64,000 nucleotides of DNA, from NCBI GenBank assembly GCA_963796965.1, contig CAWCNS010000016.1, positions 1 to 64,000 of the forward strand. Reading direction: 5' to 3'. Below the pieces are notes generated by a model. The model did no database searches. It saw nothing but the letters and a program-made list of their open reading frames with translations, and was not told where the DNA came from. Source of the stretch: Calditrichia bacterium. GTDB lineage: Bacteria; Calditrichota; Calditrichia; JAJRVZ01. Within the stretch, counting starts at the first letter, position 1. The number at the start of each line of letters is the position of its first letter. This document shows, one piece after another, positions 1 to 13,000 of the stretch. Position numbers and translations under genes: made by a program.

Positions 1-685
1 TATTGAGATAGCCTTTTTTAATCCGATGAACTTTTACTACGGTATCCAGCGTAATGACCGCAAACAAATGAACGGACGCTGGAATCTGGATATCTTCTAC
101 AAACCCCATCAAAAGGTTACCCTCTATACCCAGTTTCAGATTGATGATATTATTGTAAACAATGAACCCGGTCAGGACGATCGTGCCGCGCATCCCGATC
201 GTCTGGGATTTTTATTCTCAGCGCGCAGCGGTGACCTGCTTATGCCGGGACTTAATCTGCAGTTAGACTATGTACGCATCTCCAACCGCATGTACCAATC
301 CCGGAATACCTATGAAAATTATCACTACCGCCAGTTGGGTTTGGGCTATCCGGTGGCGAGCAGTGAAGAAATTCGATTTAAATTTGGTTTATGGACCTGG
401 TTTCCATTTTATATCAGCAATGATCTGGTTGTGGGCCGCTACGGGAATGTAGAACTTGATGATCTGTTTACTTTGGGTAAGGAGGAATTTCCGGTAGAAC
501 CGGTGACGAACAATGTGGTTAATACTTTCAAGGTCCAGTATTTCATGAACCACTGGTTTCAGTTCTGGGCCCGGGCCAAATACCTCAAGGAAGCTAATCA
601 TTATTCCAACCGTATCAACCCGGAGAAGGGCTGGCGCTTTGCTATTGGTTTGCAACTTACATTAGCGGCTGGCGTCAGTTTATAA
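1..685 (+). CDS. Outer-membrane beta-barrel protein, capsule assembly Wzi-like (5' part outside window)
   Basis: Frame open from the window start. Motifs YTQFQIDD, LDYVRI..MY and LGYP resemble Wzi-family proteins; C-terminal beta-strand. Confidence 0.55.
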   Translation, partial: IEIAFFNPMNFYYGIQRNDRKQMNGRWNLDIFYKPHQKVTLYTQFQIDDIIVNNEPGQDDRAAHPDRLGFLFSARSGDLLMPGLNLQLDYVRISNRMYQSRNTYENYHYRQLGLGYPVASSEEIRFKFGLWTWFPFYISNDLVVGRYGNVELDDLFTLGKEEFPVEPVTNNVVNTFKVQYFMNHWFQFWARAKYLKEANHYSNRINPEKGWRFAIGLQLTLAAGVSL

Positions 686-1217
686 GCCAAACACAAAGGA
701 CACTAAGAAGACGCAAAGTCCACAAAGAAAAGATTTTTTAAGGTTTTAGATCTTAGTGAACCCAAAATTAAGTTATTGTCTCAGATCTTGGATAAGCAAA
801 TTCCAAAACCATAAATTCTTTCTTTGTGTACTTTGCGCCTCCTTTGCGTACTTTGTGTTTAATAACAACCTCTCATCAAGCAAGATCCTTCTCGAACCGC
901 CAAAAAACCCTTTCAATCACCGCTTGGCTATTGGTATGCAACTTACATTAGCGGCTTGTGTTAGTTTATAAGCCAAACACAAAGGACACTAAGAAGACGC
1001 AAAGTCCACAAAGAAAAGATTTTTTAAGGTTTTAGATCTTAGTGAACCCAAAATTAAGTTATTGTCTCAGATCTTGGATAAGCAAATTCCAAAACCATAA
1101 ATTCTTTCTTTGTGTACTTTGCGCCTCCTTTGCGTACTTTGTGTTTAATAACAACCTCTCATCAAGCAATCGCCTTCTCGAACCGCCAGAAAACCCGCTC
1201 CACCACCGCATGGCAAT
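635..1217. repeat. 286-bp tandem duplication spanning the ends of two convergent genes
   Basis: 641-926 aligns to 927-1212. The intergenic part is identical; the coding-end copies are diverged. Confidence 0.95.
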
Positions 1218-2159
1218 AATGTGAATAAAAAGCAATCGGTGCCACCCAGGGAATTGTGGCAGATTCCAATCCTTCCTCTTTCATATCCTGTAAACATCTC
1301 TTAAGCAAAATTTCCCCAATCCCCAAACCGCGCAGATCCGGATGTGTCCCCATGGGCCCAAACCATCCCGTCCCAAAATTATTGGTATTATAAGCCGAAA
1401 AAGCCTTTACCTTTCCTTCATGTATCGCAATATGGTTTGATATGGGGGTATTTTTATAGGAAGTCTCGATCTCTCTTCGCCATAGCGCAAAATGTTCATC
1501 AATAAACACCAATAAACTCTCCTTATCCTCCTCCCCCGCCCGTCTAATCAATATATTACCGTTTATATGTTGTTTAGTCCTACTTTGGCTCTTGAAATCA
1601 TGGATGATTTCATCCCGATTTGTCGATAGGAGATCGACGATTTTTTCGGGATTTATCTTTAATCTTTCTTCTTTAATCTTTGTTCTCCAGTCCTTTGCTT
1701 GCAAATCCACCCCCATATTTGTCGTATCGGTGAATCGTTCAAATCCCATTTTCCAGGCAAAACATAAGGGCTGCCGTGTAACGCGGATCGATTCCCGGCA
1801 TCCAGTAATTGAAGGGCGTATCATAGATGCGCACCTTATCCATTTTTCTTTCCCTGAAAATCTTCTTCCAATTTCTCATACATCGCCCTGGCAATTCCCT
1901 GCCGCCTGAAACCTTTATCCACCACCATTAATTTTATATAACCGATCTTTTCTGTGGGCAGTTCCCGCTGAACGCCTTGCATAAAACCAACAATCTTGTT
2001 ATCCATTTCGGCAACAAAGGTGGTCTGTTGATCATAAAAGGGATCACCGGTTAGTTTTTCCTCTAACAAAGATTGTGTTAGTTGGTCAAAATCGGAGTTT
2101 TCATTAAAAAGATTTAATACCTGATCAAAGTCATGATCTTGGTAAAATCGAATTTTCAT
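1162..2159 (-). CDS. Tandem two-domain GNAT acetyltransferase (frameshifted near 1770-1845; carries a 30-aa in-frame insertion)
   Basis: ORFs 1836..2177 and 1162..1824 each carry a GNAT motif A (VDKGFRRQGIA; HPDLRGLGIG). A bridging frame reads YWMPGIDPRY. Confidence 0.85.
1562..1656. mobile_element. Palindromic 90-bp element inserted in frame in the GNAT gene
   Basis: TTTAT direct repeats lie 90 bp apart (1562-1566, 1652-1656). Hairpins GAAATCAT-gg-ATGATTTC and ATCCCGA..TCGGGAT; a homologous copy sits at 3752-3810. Confidence 0.7.
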
Positions 2160-2458
2160 TGATTTGCCTTGTTCCATATTTTACCACAAAGTACACAAAG
2201 TAGGCACAAAGATCACAAAGTTCTCTAAATTTTGGATTTTTAAATAGAATAATCTTCACGCTAAGCTGGGAATGCTAAAATACATTCTGTTTCTCATTGA
2301 TTCATATTAATCCGTGTGATTCAGGGGCCATTTTTGTCTTTTTTCTTTTGTCACTTTTCTTAAAATACGTTGCGGTCGCTGCGGCGCTGCGTGAGATAAA
2401 TTAACACAAAATACAAAATGATTGAAATAAGCCGCCGATATAATCCCTGTCATCGTGC

Positions 2459-2487
2459 TTGACTCAATAATGTTATATCAGTAAATT
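2459..2487 (+). promoter_or_regulatory. Sigma70-type promoter of tRNA-Ser(GCT)
   Basis: TTGACT-17 bp-TAAATT, about 35 bp upstream of the tRNA. Confidence 0.55.
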
Positions 2488-2522
2488 TAAAGGCTTTATA
2501 ATTATCAATTGACAATTAGAAT

Positions 2523-2614
2523 GGAGAGGTGGCCGAGTCGGCTGAAGGCGCTCGCCTGCTAAGCGAGTATAGGACAAAATCCTATCGTGGGTTCGAATCC
2601 CACCCTCTCCGCCA
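2523..2614 (+). tRNA. tRNA-Ser(GCT)
   Basis: GGAGAGG acceptor, anticodon arm CTCGC-CT-GCT-AA-GCGAG, long variable arm, GGTTCGAATCC, encoded CCA. Confidence 0.97.
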
Positions 2615-3081
2615 GTTAAACAAAAGACAAAAGAACTAAGACAAAAGAAGCATAGAACAATCGTCTATTTTCTTTTGTCTTTTTTTTACGCCTTTACATC
2701 TTCATTTCTACTCTCTACTCTTTACTCTCAACGCTGTTGACTTTTCTCTTTTCCCTTTTACCTTAATTTTCCCTATTCTCTTAAATATGTTCTTGCATTG
2801 TATCGTATCCCGCCTTATAATTAATCTGCTCAATCGCCCCTATATAAGAAAAAAGAAAAAAGACAAAAGAAAAAAGATCTATAGATTCCCAATTCCTAAT
2901 TACAAATTACTATTGTTTTCCTTTTATCTTTTTTCTTAAGAATTTGTGACGAATATCAGCTTTTTAAATTAAAGGGTTGACTATCTTTAGTCACTCTTTT
3001 TTCCGTGCTCCACGTATTTTAGGACCATTTCTATAAAATTATGGTGCTTATATCTATAAAATATAACTAGTTAGAGTTTTT

Positions 3082-3555
3082 TTGATGAAAAAAATAATTG
3101 TACTTATTGCCTTTTCTGCACATTTCCTGTTTGCTCAGCAAAATATCATGCAAATGAGCGCTGAAAAAAAAACGGGTTCTGAGGCAAATTGGGAAACAAC
3201 GATTATCATAGATATAATTGATGATATTGGAACGGGATTTAGCCTGTCATTGCCAAACGGTTTGCGCTTGATACCACTTTCCGTTGCCATAAACCAAAGC
3301 CAACTATGGCTGCAGAATTCTGAGTCTGTCGCTGAGGTGGATTCGGTTGTATCCTGGAGCTTTTCAGATGATGGACTTGTTTTTGGCTTTAATCCGAATC
3401 AATTATCGTCTGGTGACCAGGTGTCCATAAAAGCGATGACTGCTCTGAACAGGAAACAGCTAAACGCGGAATCGGCTATAGGCATCTTTTCTCTTGGAAA
3501 TGAACAGGCTATACAAGCGGTGGTAATACCGGCAATTTTGCTTAGTGGTGAATAA
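3082..3555 (+). CDS. Secreted hypothetical protein
   Basis: 157-aa ORF with a signal peptide (MKKIIVLIAFSAHFLFAQQ). Confidence 0.75.
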   Translation: MMKKIIVLIAFSAHFLFAQQNIMQMSAEKKTGSEANWETTIIIDIIDDIGTGFSLSLPNGLRLIPLSVAINQSQLWLQNSESVAEVDSVVSWSFSDDGLVFGFNPNQLSSGDQVSIKAMTALNRKQLNAESAIGIFSLGNEQAIQAVVIPAILLSGE

Positions 3556-3847
3556 GAAATCTAACCGCAAAGACGCAAAGAAGGCGCAAAGTTCGCAAAG
3601 AAAAAATTTAGGGTTTTAGATTTTGCTAATTCTAAATAACTAGTTTATATAATCAATTTTATACAAATAAAAGTTATAACTAAAAAGCGATTATAATTTT
3701 AAAGCCGAGAACAAAAAAAATAATAAAAAACGTTGCGTGCTTAGCGCTTCTGAAATCCTGGATGATTTTATCCCGATATGTCGACAGGATGGAGATGTAA
3801 TTATCGGGATTTGCGTCTTTGCGGTAAAAAAAAATTCACATTAATTT

Positions 3848-3946
3848 ATGACAAAACACTTAAAAATACTCTTAATCCTTTCTCTTGGAAATGAACAGGC
3901 TAAACAAGCGGTGGTAATACCGGCAATTTTGCTAAGTGGAGAATAA
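3848..3946 (+). other. Hybrid mini-ORF: copy of the downstream gene start fused in frame to a copy of the upstream gene end
   Basis: Reads MTKHLKILLILSLGNEQAKQAVVIPAILLSGE*. Compare MTRHLKIL (4100) and FSLGNEQAIQAVVIPAILLSGE* (ending 3555). Confidence 0.9.
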
Positions 3947-4099
3947 GAAAACGATAACCGCAAAGTAACACCAAAATAGTAAGATTAAAGATTAAAGAAA
4001 TTAAGAAAACTAATGATAAAGAAAGAGAAAATTACTGATGAACTTATTTTATCTCACTTTCATCTTTAATCTTTGATCTTAAATAACCAACAAGAACGA

Positions 4100-7000
4100 A
4101 TGACAAGACACTTAAAAATACTTTACTCTCTTCTATTCCTACCGGTATTGGTATTTGCCGACCAGGGAAGTGCGGATAGTATGGATATATGTGGACCGAT
4201 GCCGATGGTACGGTAGCTATCGATTATAACTGGATCGATCTGCAGGGGGAAACGAGTGTTTTTGGTTCTTCTTTTAATGATAGCCTGAGTCCGGCCATAT
4301 CGCTGCCGTTCAATTTCCCCTTTTACGGCACCAACCGCAGTCAGATTTACATTTCTTCCAATGGCTGGATCAGTTTTGTCAATCCGGGTGATACCACCTA
4401 TGCGATCAATGATACGATTCCCGATGGTGGCGGCCCAAATCATGCCCTTGCCGTCTACTGGGATGATCTGGAAAGTACCCCGGGTAACAGCGGCGGGGTC
4501 TATTATAAAACCATTGGAACTACTCCTAATCGACAGTTTATAGTCGAGTGGCAGGTGATTAATGCCTCCGGTGAAATAAATTTTCAAGTCATCCTTTATG
4601 AACATAGCCACCTGATAAAATTTCAATATCAGACCGTCGGGGCAGCGTACCTCGGGGGGGCCAGTGCGACCATCGGTATAAAAGCAAGCACAATATTAGG
4701 AAATCAATATAGCGTAAATCAATCCGGAAGCGTATCTTCCGGGGATGCGATTCTTTTTCATAACAGTTCCATTAGTGGTGTTGGACGCCAGCATCTCTCC
4801 GGCAACTGCAATCATCGGCGGTTTTGAGACGTTTAAATACACGATAGATAATATTGATCCTTCTGGCGCTGCCGGGCTTGGAAAGCTGGATCGTATTGCC
4901 ATAAAAAGCCCTTTTTCCAATTTTCCGTCTGTTATACGGGTCAAGATCAATAACACCGATGCTTTGCTGCAATATTCAACCTCTAAACCGGATCAGGCCG
5001 GTCGTGCAACCTGGAGTTATAATGGTACAAATGATTCTCTGATCGTCCAGACCTCCCACTTTGATGTCAAAGATTCGGTTGTTATAGAATTTAACCAGAG
5101 CGTCCCTGATGTCTCCGTCGGATCCTATCCTTATGCCGGCATCGCTGATGCTGAATTGGATCACGAGTGGTGTTACTGCTCCCGCTGTCCAGCCATCGGT
5201 AACGATTTCTTCCGGCGGTCTGGACTATCTGGTTATCCGTGACGGACCCAATGAAGGGGGCAGCATTGTCACGACACGTGCCCTTACAACAGATAATTCC
5301 CTCACCCTTTATGCGGCTGGTTATGACGCCGCCGATAATTACCTTGGTGATCAGGATGTGACCTGGAGTATTACCGGAACACTTGGCGGGAGTGGCAGTT
5401 CTGGTACCAGTTTTGCCTTTAATCCCAATGTGGCCCCCGCTTCCGGAACGATTGAAGCGGAAACCGGCGGAATTGTCGATGCGACCGGTATGATTAGTAT
5501 CTCCGTAGGTATTCTAGATGAACTACGTATCCGAGACGCTGCCAATGGAGCTGGTGGCGGTAGTGGATGACGATGACCATGACCACCGACGATACCCAGG
5601 AATTCTGGTCGGCGGGGTATGATGCCGATGGTAATTATCGCGGTGATGAAGCTGCGACAGTTTGGACCTCTACCTTGGGAATTAGTGGATCTGGCCAATC
5701 AATCGTCTTTACACCTACGGCACCTATTTCAGGTACACTAACCGCTACAATTGGCGGGATCTTTTATACAACCGGTACAATCGACGTCAACTCAGGAGAC
5801 CTCTGGATTATCTGATCATTCGTGATGCTCCGAATAACGGTGGAAACGCTGTTGATAACCGCTCACTTACCACTGATAATTCCATAACCCTCTATGCCGC
5901 CGGATATGATAGTGATGATAATTATTTGGGTGACCTGAATGTTACCTGGACAGTCTCGGGTACCCTTGGTGTATCCGGTAGTAGCGGTGCTAACTATGTA
6001 TTTAATCCTGCTGTCCCCGGGGCTGGAACTTTTACAGCAACCGTTGGAGGCGTAGAAGATGCCACCGGAGTCTTAACTGTCACCGTTGGCGCCCTTGATG
6101 ATATCGTCATCCGTACCGGTGCAAATGAAAGCGGTGACATTGTCACCGATTTAATTATGACACCGATGAAAGTGTGACTTTCTGGGCAGCCGGGTATGAT
6201 GCCGATAATAATTATCGTGGTGATGAAACAGCGACGGTTTGGACTTCGACTGGTACGCTTGGTATTTCTGGTACTGGCAGTTCAATCCTGTTTGATCCTA
6301 CCGCACTGGTAAGCGGCACACTCACCGCTACAGTCGGGACTGTTTTTCATACCACAGGTTTAATTGAAGTCACATCGGGTACCATATCCTATTTAAAGAT
6401 CCGTGATGGGGCAGGGGGGACCGGAAGCGAAGTCACAGATTACCCCATGACTGCTGATGACGTTCTCACCGTTTATGCCGCTGCCTATGATGCCAGACAA
6501 TAACTTTATTGCCGATCAAAATGTGGACTGGTCGGTAACCGGAACCCTGGATGGTTCTCCGCAAACCAGTACGTCCTATGCCTTTAGTCCGGTCCTGGCC
6601 CCTACTGCCGGTGCGATTGTTGCCAGATTAGGAACCAGTCACAGTACCACAACCGGTACGATTACCGTTACTACAGGGGCGCTTGATGGCCTGGAGATCA
6701 GGACCGAATCAAACGGAGATGGGGATTTGGTTACGATCTTTCCCATGAGTACCGATCAAACGCAGACCTTCTGGGCAGCCGGCTATGATGCCGATGGAAA
6801 TTTCAGGCAGGATGAACCTGCTGCTATCTGGACCTCAACGGGAACTCTGGGTATCAGTGGTGGCCCGGCAGCATCGATCCTGTTTGCGCCGACAGTACCT
6901 GTATCAGGTACCCTGACGGCCAATGTTTCCGGTGATAGTTATACAACCGGTACGATTAATGTGACCGGTGGTGATCTGGAATCATATTATTATTCGTGAT

Positions 7001-10000
7001 TCCCTTGGTGTGGAGATCATAAATCGAACCTTAACAGCCGATGATCAGTTGATCTTCTATGCGGCCGGCTATGATGCGCAGGATAATTCTCTTGGCAATC
7101 AGATTGTTAACTGGACCCTCACCGGAACACTTGATGGCGGGGATGTATCCGGGACAGCCAGTTATACATTCAGGCCGGAAATCGCCCCTACCTCCGGATC
7201 CGTAACCGCCTCCGTTGGCAATATAAATGATGCCACCGGGACAATTTCGGTAACAGTCGGTGCTTTAAACAGCATTTCCGTCAATACAACACCCGATGCC
7301 AGTGGGGAGCCCTTTAATGGCGCCATTAACATCACCACAGATCAGTCCATCACCCTTATATTCGGTGGGCTTTGATGCGGATAATAATTTTATCGGTGAG
7401 GTAAATGCGGTCTGGTCAAAAACCGGAAACCTGGATCCGGTAAGCCATACCGGCTCGGGCTACACCTTTGCCCCCCAAACACCCGCTACTTCCGGTACGA
7501 TTGTGGCCACATATCTTGGACATACCGATGATAGCGGTACCATTAATGTTGTAGAGGGGGAACTTGATCATATCATTATCCGGAATGCCCCTGGTGGTGG
7601 GGGTGCTGAATTCGGAGTGGCCAATATTACCGCCGATGATCAAATCGTCCTCTATGCGGCCGGTTATAATTCCGATAATATTTTCTTCCAGGATGTAACC
7701 GTTTCCTGGTTCTCCACTGGGACCTTAGACCAGATCACGGCAGTGGGCTCCACGTACACCTTCCAACCGGTAAAGGCGCCGACAAGTGGACAAATTGGCG
7801 CCCAGACGGGTGGATTATCTGATTTTACCGGAGATATCACGGTGGCCGTGGGTGCTCGCAGTGAAATTCGTGTCAACGATGCTCCTGGTGCTTCCGGCGT
7901 GGAAATTGGAAATAAAACATTAGAAGCCGGAGAGGCTCTAGATCTGTTTGCCTCGGGCTATGACAGTGATGGTAATTATCGCGAAGCCATTACGGCAACC
8001 TGGTCAAAAACGGGCTACTCTTGATCCGGTTAGCGGGAATAGTACATCAATTACCTTTACGCCCTTAACCGCCCCATCTTCCGGTACGATCATAGCCACG
8101 GGTGGTGGATTTAGTGATCCCACTGGTAACATAGAGGTTACCTCAGGAACCTTAACCTATCTGAGACTCCGGACACAGGCTAACGGCAATGGTGTGGTCT
8201 ATTCTGATACGGCCATAACCGCCGACGACACCCTTATTCTTTATGCCGCAGGTTATGATAATAATAATAATTATCTGGGTGATAAGGTTGTTGATTGGTA
8301 TTCTACCGGTAGCCTGGATTATGTAAATGCGAACGGTACCAGTTATACCTTTGATCCGGTCACAGCACCGACTTCCGGAAAGATTGGGGCCACCAATGGT
8401 ACGATTAATGCTTTTACGGGAACTGTTAGCGTTGCCGTAGGGGAAGACAAATGAAATTTTGATCACAGATGAAGATGGCACAGAAATCACAACCGAAATA
8501 ACCATCAATGCCGGGCAATCTATAACCTTCTATGCCAAAGCGTATGACTTTGATGGAAACTTTGTAGAAGATGCCAATGCCACCTGGTCTTCCACAGGGA
8601 ATCTGGATCCGGTAAGTGGGACGGGCACTTTCTATGCGTTTGCTCCGCTGACAGCCCCCACTTCAGGAACTATAAAGGCTGATTATTGGCATTTTTAGCG
8701 ATGTAACCGGTACGATTAACGTTGATATAGGGAAGCTCTCCTATCTGCGCATACGAACCGCGGCTGAGGGTGGTGGTGTTGTCGTTGGTGATACAACCAT
8801 TAATGCTGACAATACGATGCCCTTATATGCGGCGGGATATGATGCGAGTAATAACTATTTAGGGGATTATACGGTTTCCTGGTCTTCAACCGGTACGATC
8901 GATAATGTGATCGCCACGGCGAGCAACTATGTATTTGATCCGGTCACCGCCCCTACCAGCGGTACCATACGTATTACCAGTGGACCCAATAGCCATCAGA
9001 CCGGTACCATAACCGTAAATGTGGGTGCACTTAGATCATGTTGCCATCAACGATGCCAGCGGTTCAAATGGTGTAGAGGTTCAATCAGTTGCCATGACGG
9101 CGGATGAGTCACGAACATTCCATGCTGCCGGCTATGATGCCGATAATAATTTTATTTCCAATGTTGCTGCAACCTGGTCACGCACGGGAACACTCGATCT
9201 CGTGAACGGAACCGGAATATCACGTATTTTTAATCCCAGCACGGCACCGACCAGTGGAACGATACGCATATCCTATCAGGGTGAAATCGATGCTACCGGA
9301 ACCATTACCGTATCATCTGGGGCATTGGCTTCAGTTAAAGTCAATGCATCACCCGGAGCTGGTGGCATAGAAGTTCCTCCGCTTACACTAAATGTTGGAC
9401 AGGATCTTACCGTTTATGCCGCTGGTTATGATCAATATGGTAATTATCGTGGCCTGGAAGAAGCCGTCTGGCAAACCACCCCATCCCTGGATCCACAAAA
9501 TGATTTAGATTCAATCTTTACTTTCACGCCTTCAACGGCCAATACCAATGGTACCATTATGGCCACGACCACGGTTGGTAATTTTATTGATGCCACGGGT
9601 CTTATAACAATCGATCCAGGTGTTCTGACAAACATAAAAATCAGAACCGCCCCTGATGGTGGAGGTGTGGAATTCAGCGGTACCAATATGACTGCCGATG
9701 AAACCTTAACCCTGTATGCGGCTGGTTATGATGCCGGTGATAATTATCTTAAAGATGAATCGGTCAACTGGACCTCCATTGGATCTCTCAATGATATTTC
9801 TTATACCGGGGCAGTACTTAATTTTAGCCCGACCTCAGCACCAACCCAGGGTATTATCCGCGCTCAAACGGGTAGTATTATAGTAGAAACACCTACCATA
9901 AATGTCTCCAATGGTGTTGCTGCTCAGATCATCGATTCTGGCGGGTTATCCGGTGAGCGTACAACCGTAGCCGGAAGTACGCAGTGGATTAAGGTAAAAG

Positions 10001-13000
10001 TCGTCGACCAGCATGGCAATGCCGTTATTGGTACCACAGTGTCCTTTTCTCCAGCCTCACAAATGTCAGACGCTACGGATGTAACCGATGCCAATGGGCT
10101 TGCTGAAACTGTCTACACAACCCCTCGTGAAGAAGACCAGACGACGGTACAAACTTCGGTCACCGGTCTCGATCCTTATCAATTCACAATTTATGGTATC
10201 CGATATGTTTCTGATCCGGGTTTATATCCAAAAGTTGTGCAACGCGGTGCCGATGCTACCTTTACGACAACCATTTCAAATCCGGGCAATGTTGCCGTTC
10301 CTCTAAATATTTCATCAACGAATATTGAGTTTTCAGGGGGTGGTCATACTTATACAGCAACGCTGCAATCACCTTCCATATTGCCAGCTAACAATATGTC
10401 TATTACTTTGACATGGAATGCGGAAATGGTGCATGCCGATTTTCCGGGTGGTGCTTATACCCCGGAAATACAGTTGGTGGGCAGTGGAAGTTATAGCAGT
10501 ATGAATGGAACATTTACTACATCACCAGGCGAATTAACCATTGGTGATCAAAGTATCACCATTGGTAATATCCAGGTCATTGGTCCAAGCGGAACAGATC
10601 AGATCCTGCAGGGAGATCAGAATGTTCTTGCCAAAATGAATGTCTTAAATGTTGGGATCACGTTACCCATTGATGATTTTCCGGAAACGACGATCTTCTT
10701 CAGAATGGGTGGATCCACATTTTCAGTGTCCAATTTGCAACGCACGGATGATCTGACGGTTTTGCAAAGCGGGTTACAAAGCGAACTTACCTTCACCTTT
10801 GATGTACCCACCAATGCACAATTAGGTGAAGTTGAAATTTATGCCAGACTCAGTCTTGACAATGGCAACCTGGTCATTACACCTGAAGAGCCATCCGGCT
10901 CATTTGATGTGCTCTCATCTGGTGTAGCCGAATATGTAGCTGGTAGTTTGTGGCCTCGTCCGGTTGTGCCCAGCGAAAGCATCCATTTGCGGTTAAAGTT
11001 TCTAAACACCGGATCGGCTAATATCGTTCTCAACAAAGACCAGTCGTCTGTAGAGATATTGGGCACAAGTATTGGCGCAAGAAATCTGATAAGCCAGTTT
11101 ACCCTAACCGGTGGTCAGGAAACAGAGATCATATTTGAACAAATGAATCTTTCTGCCGGATTATCACCAGGTGATTATGATGTACGCTGGCATTTACAAG
11201 GGGAATTGACCAATGGTTTTCCCTATGATTCCATTTCAGTAATTCAGGATGCCTTCCGGGTTGTCCAACCGGCTAATCTGGTATTTTCTAAGATCATGAT
11301 AGGGCCGGACACGGTCAGGCAGGGTCAGTCTGATATAACCATAACCTACGAGCTTCGTAACACAGGCGGATCAGACGCTAATATACGTGATATTGATCAT
11401 AACTTCAGAATCGTGGGTGGTGCGGCAATACCAGCCAACGAATGGATTGCGACTGATATCGAACCCGAATTTCCTGCTCCTTTAGAAGCCGGTGCCGTAC
11501 GCAGTTTTGATGTGAGTTATGCCCTCATACAGACGGCGACCACAGGGGCTATCCAACCCGTCCCGATTGTCAGCTTTAATGATACACGTACACCCACCGT
11601 AGAGTATGAGTCGGCTACGGTACAAAACCAAAACGATGTGGTGCAGGTTATAAAACCAGCATCAATTAAAATTGTCAGCCTCGAATCTTTGGCACCAAAT
11701 GGTGGCACCGTAAATGTGAATCAAAATTTTAACATGAGACTTGCTGTTGAAAATACCGGTGCAGATAGAATTGATATGGCGAGAATACATATTCGTAACA
11801 ATACACAGCAGTTGGTTAGAGAACTCGTGCTTAACGATATTGCCCCCGGGGTACAGAAAAGTCAAAACTTTTCATTGAGCCATCCGCTAAACGAAACAAT
11901 CATCTATACCGCAAAAGTCGATACGGCGTTAGATATGATTGGCAATCCAGTTGTACCGGAGCAACCCGATGACCGCGATGAAGTGATTACCTATCAGCTG
12001 CCAAGCCAGCTTATAATTGATGCGGCAATTTTCTCCCGCGATTCTCTTTCTGATTCACTCATCGTTTCTCTTGACCAAATCTTTGATGTACGGGCTCAAA
12101 TCACCAATCTTGGTGAATCGGCCTTTACAGAAAACGGCCTTGGAAGCCTGGTCCTCCATTTTCCTAAAAGCCACTTTGTATTTGCAAATCCTTTTTCAGA
12201 CAGCATAAGAAATTTTTCTTCTACTGATTCTATTGCCGTATGGACATTACGCGCTACAAATGTTTCGGCACAGCAAATCTATGAAAACATTACCTTTGAA
12301 ATGATGAATGTACCTATTGATATAAATACTAATGCTGAGGTGCAGGCTATTGATATTATTGATAATCAGGTACATGTCCTCAATGAGCCCAAGGGTGCGA
12401 TTTCAGCTACGGTATATTTTGATGATCCACCGGGCACCCTGGATGGCATCTTATCGACAGAACAGCAATTTATTGTAAAAGCGACTATAGGCTATAACAA
12501 TTCTATTGCTCCGACCGGCAAAATGGCAGAACTGTCCTTACCCTTTGAGTTTGAATTAACTGGTGAATATAATTTTAAGGTTGATATCTCCGCCGGAGAA
12601 TTTCCGGAATGGACTGTTTATGCACCCGACCGGGACCGGGATTGGTCAGATATAAGAGTGGTCGCGGAAGGAATTGATAAAAACAGCGGAGATAAAATCA
12701 TTCTTAATTCAAATGACCTGGCTGTAAAAGTTGTTGATCGTGCTACTTTGAATATGTCATTAGATATTTCAAAACTTACCGGAACCGGGGATACATTATC
12801 GGTGGATCAGGATTTCGATCTGGTTGTCCTTGTAAATAAAGGAGGCACGGCCAAAACAGAAGGTTCCGGAGAAGTGGTCCTGAAAAATTCACCTTATGTC
12901 TCAATTATTGGTAGTCAGGATACGTTAAAAACTTATGATGTTGGAGAACCAGTCTCCTGGCGTTTACGAACCAATGATTTGCTTCCTTCTAAAACGACCT

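Noticed and set aside
635..1217. Diversity-generating retroelement TR/VR pair
   Set aside because: Mismatches are not adenine-specific and no reverse transcriptase is in the window; the same applies to 3486-3946.
756..1224. Two near-identical 60-71 aa ORFs as small proteins
   Set aside because: They are read-throughs of the duplicated repeat region and gene-end copies.
5300..9900. CRISPR-like regularly spaced repeats
   Set aside because: The ~295-bp period is a protein-domain repeat with codon-level variation; no cas genes.
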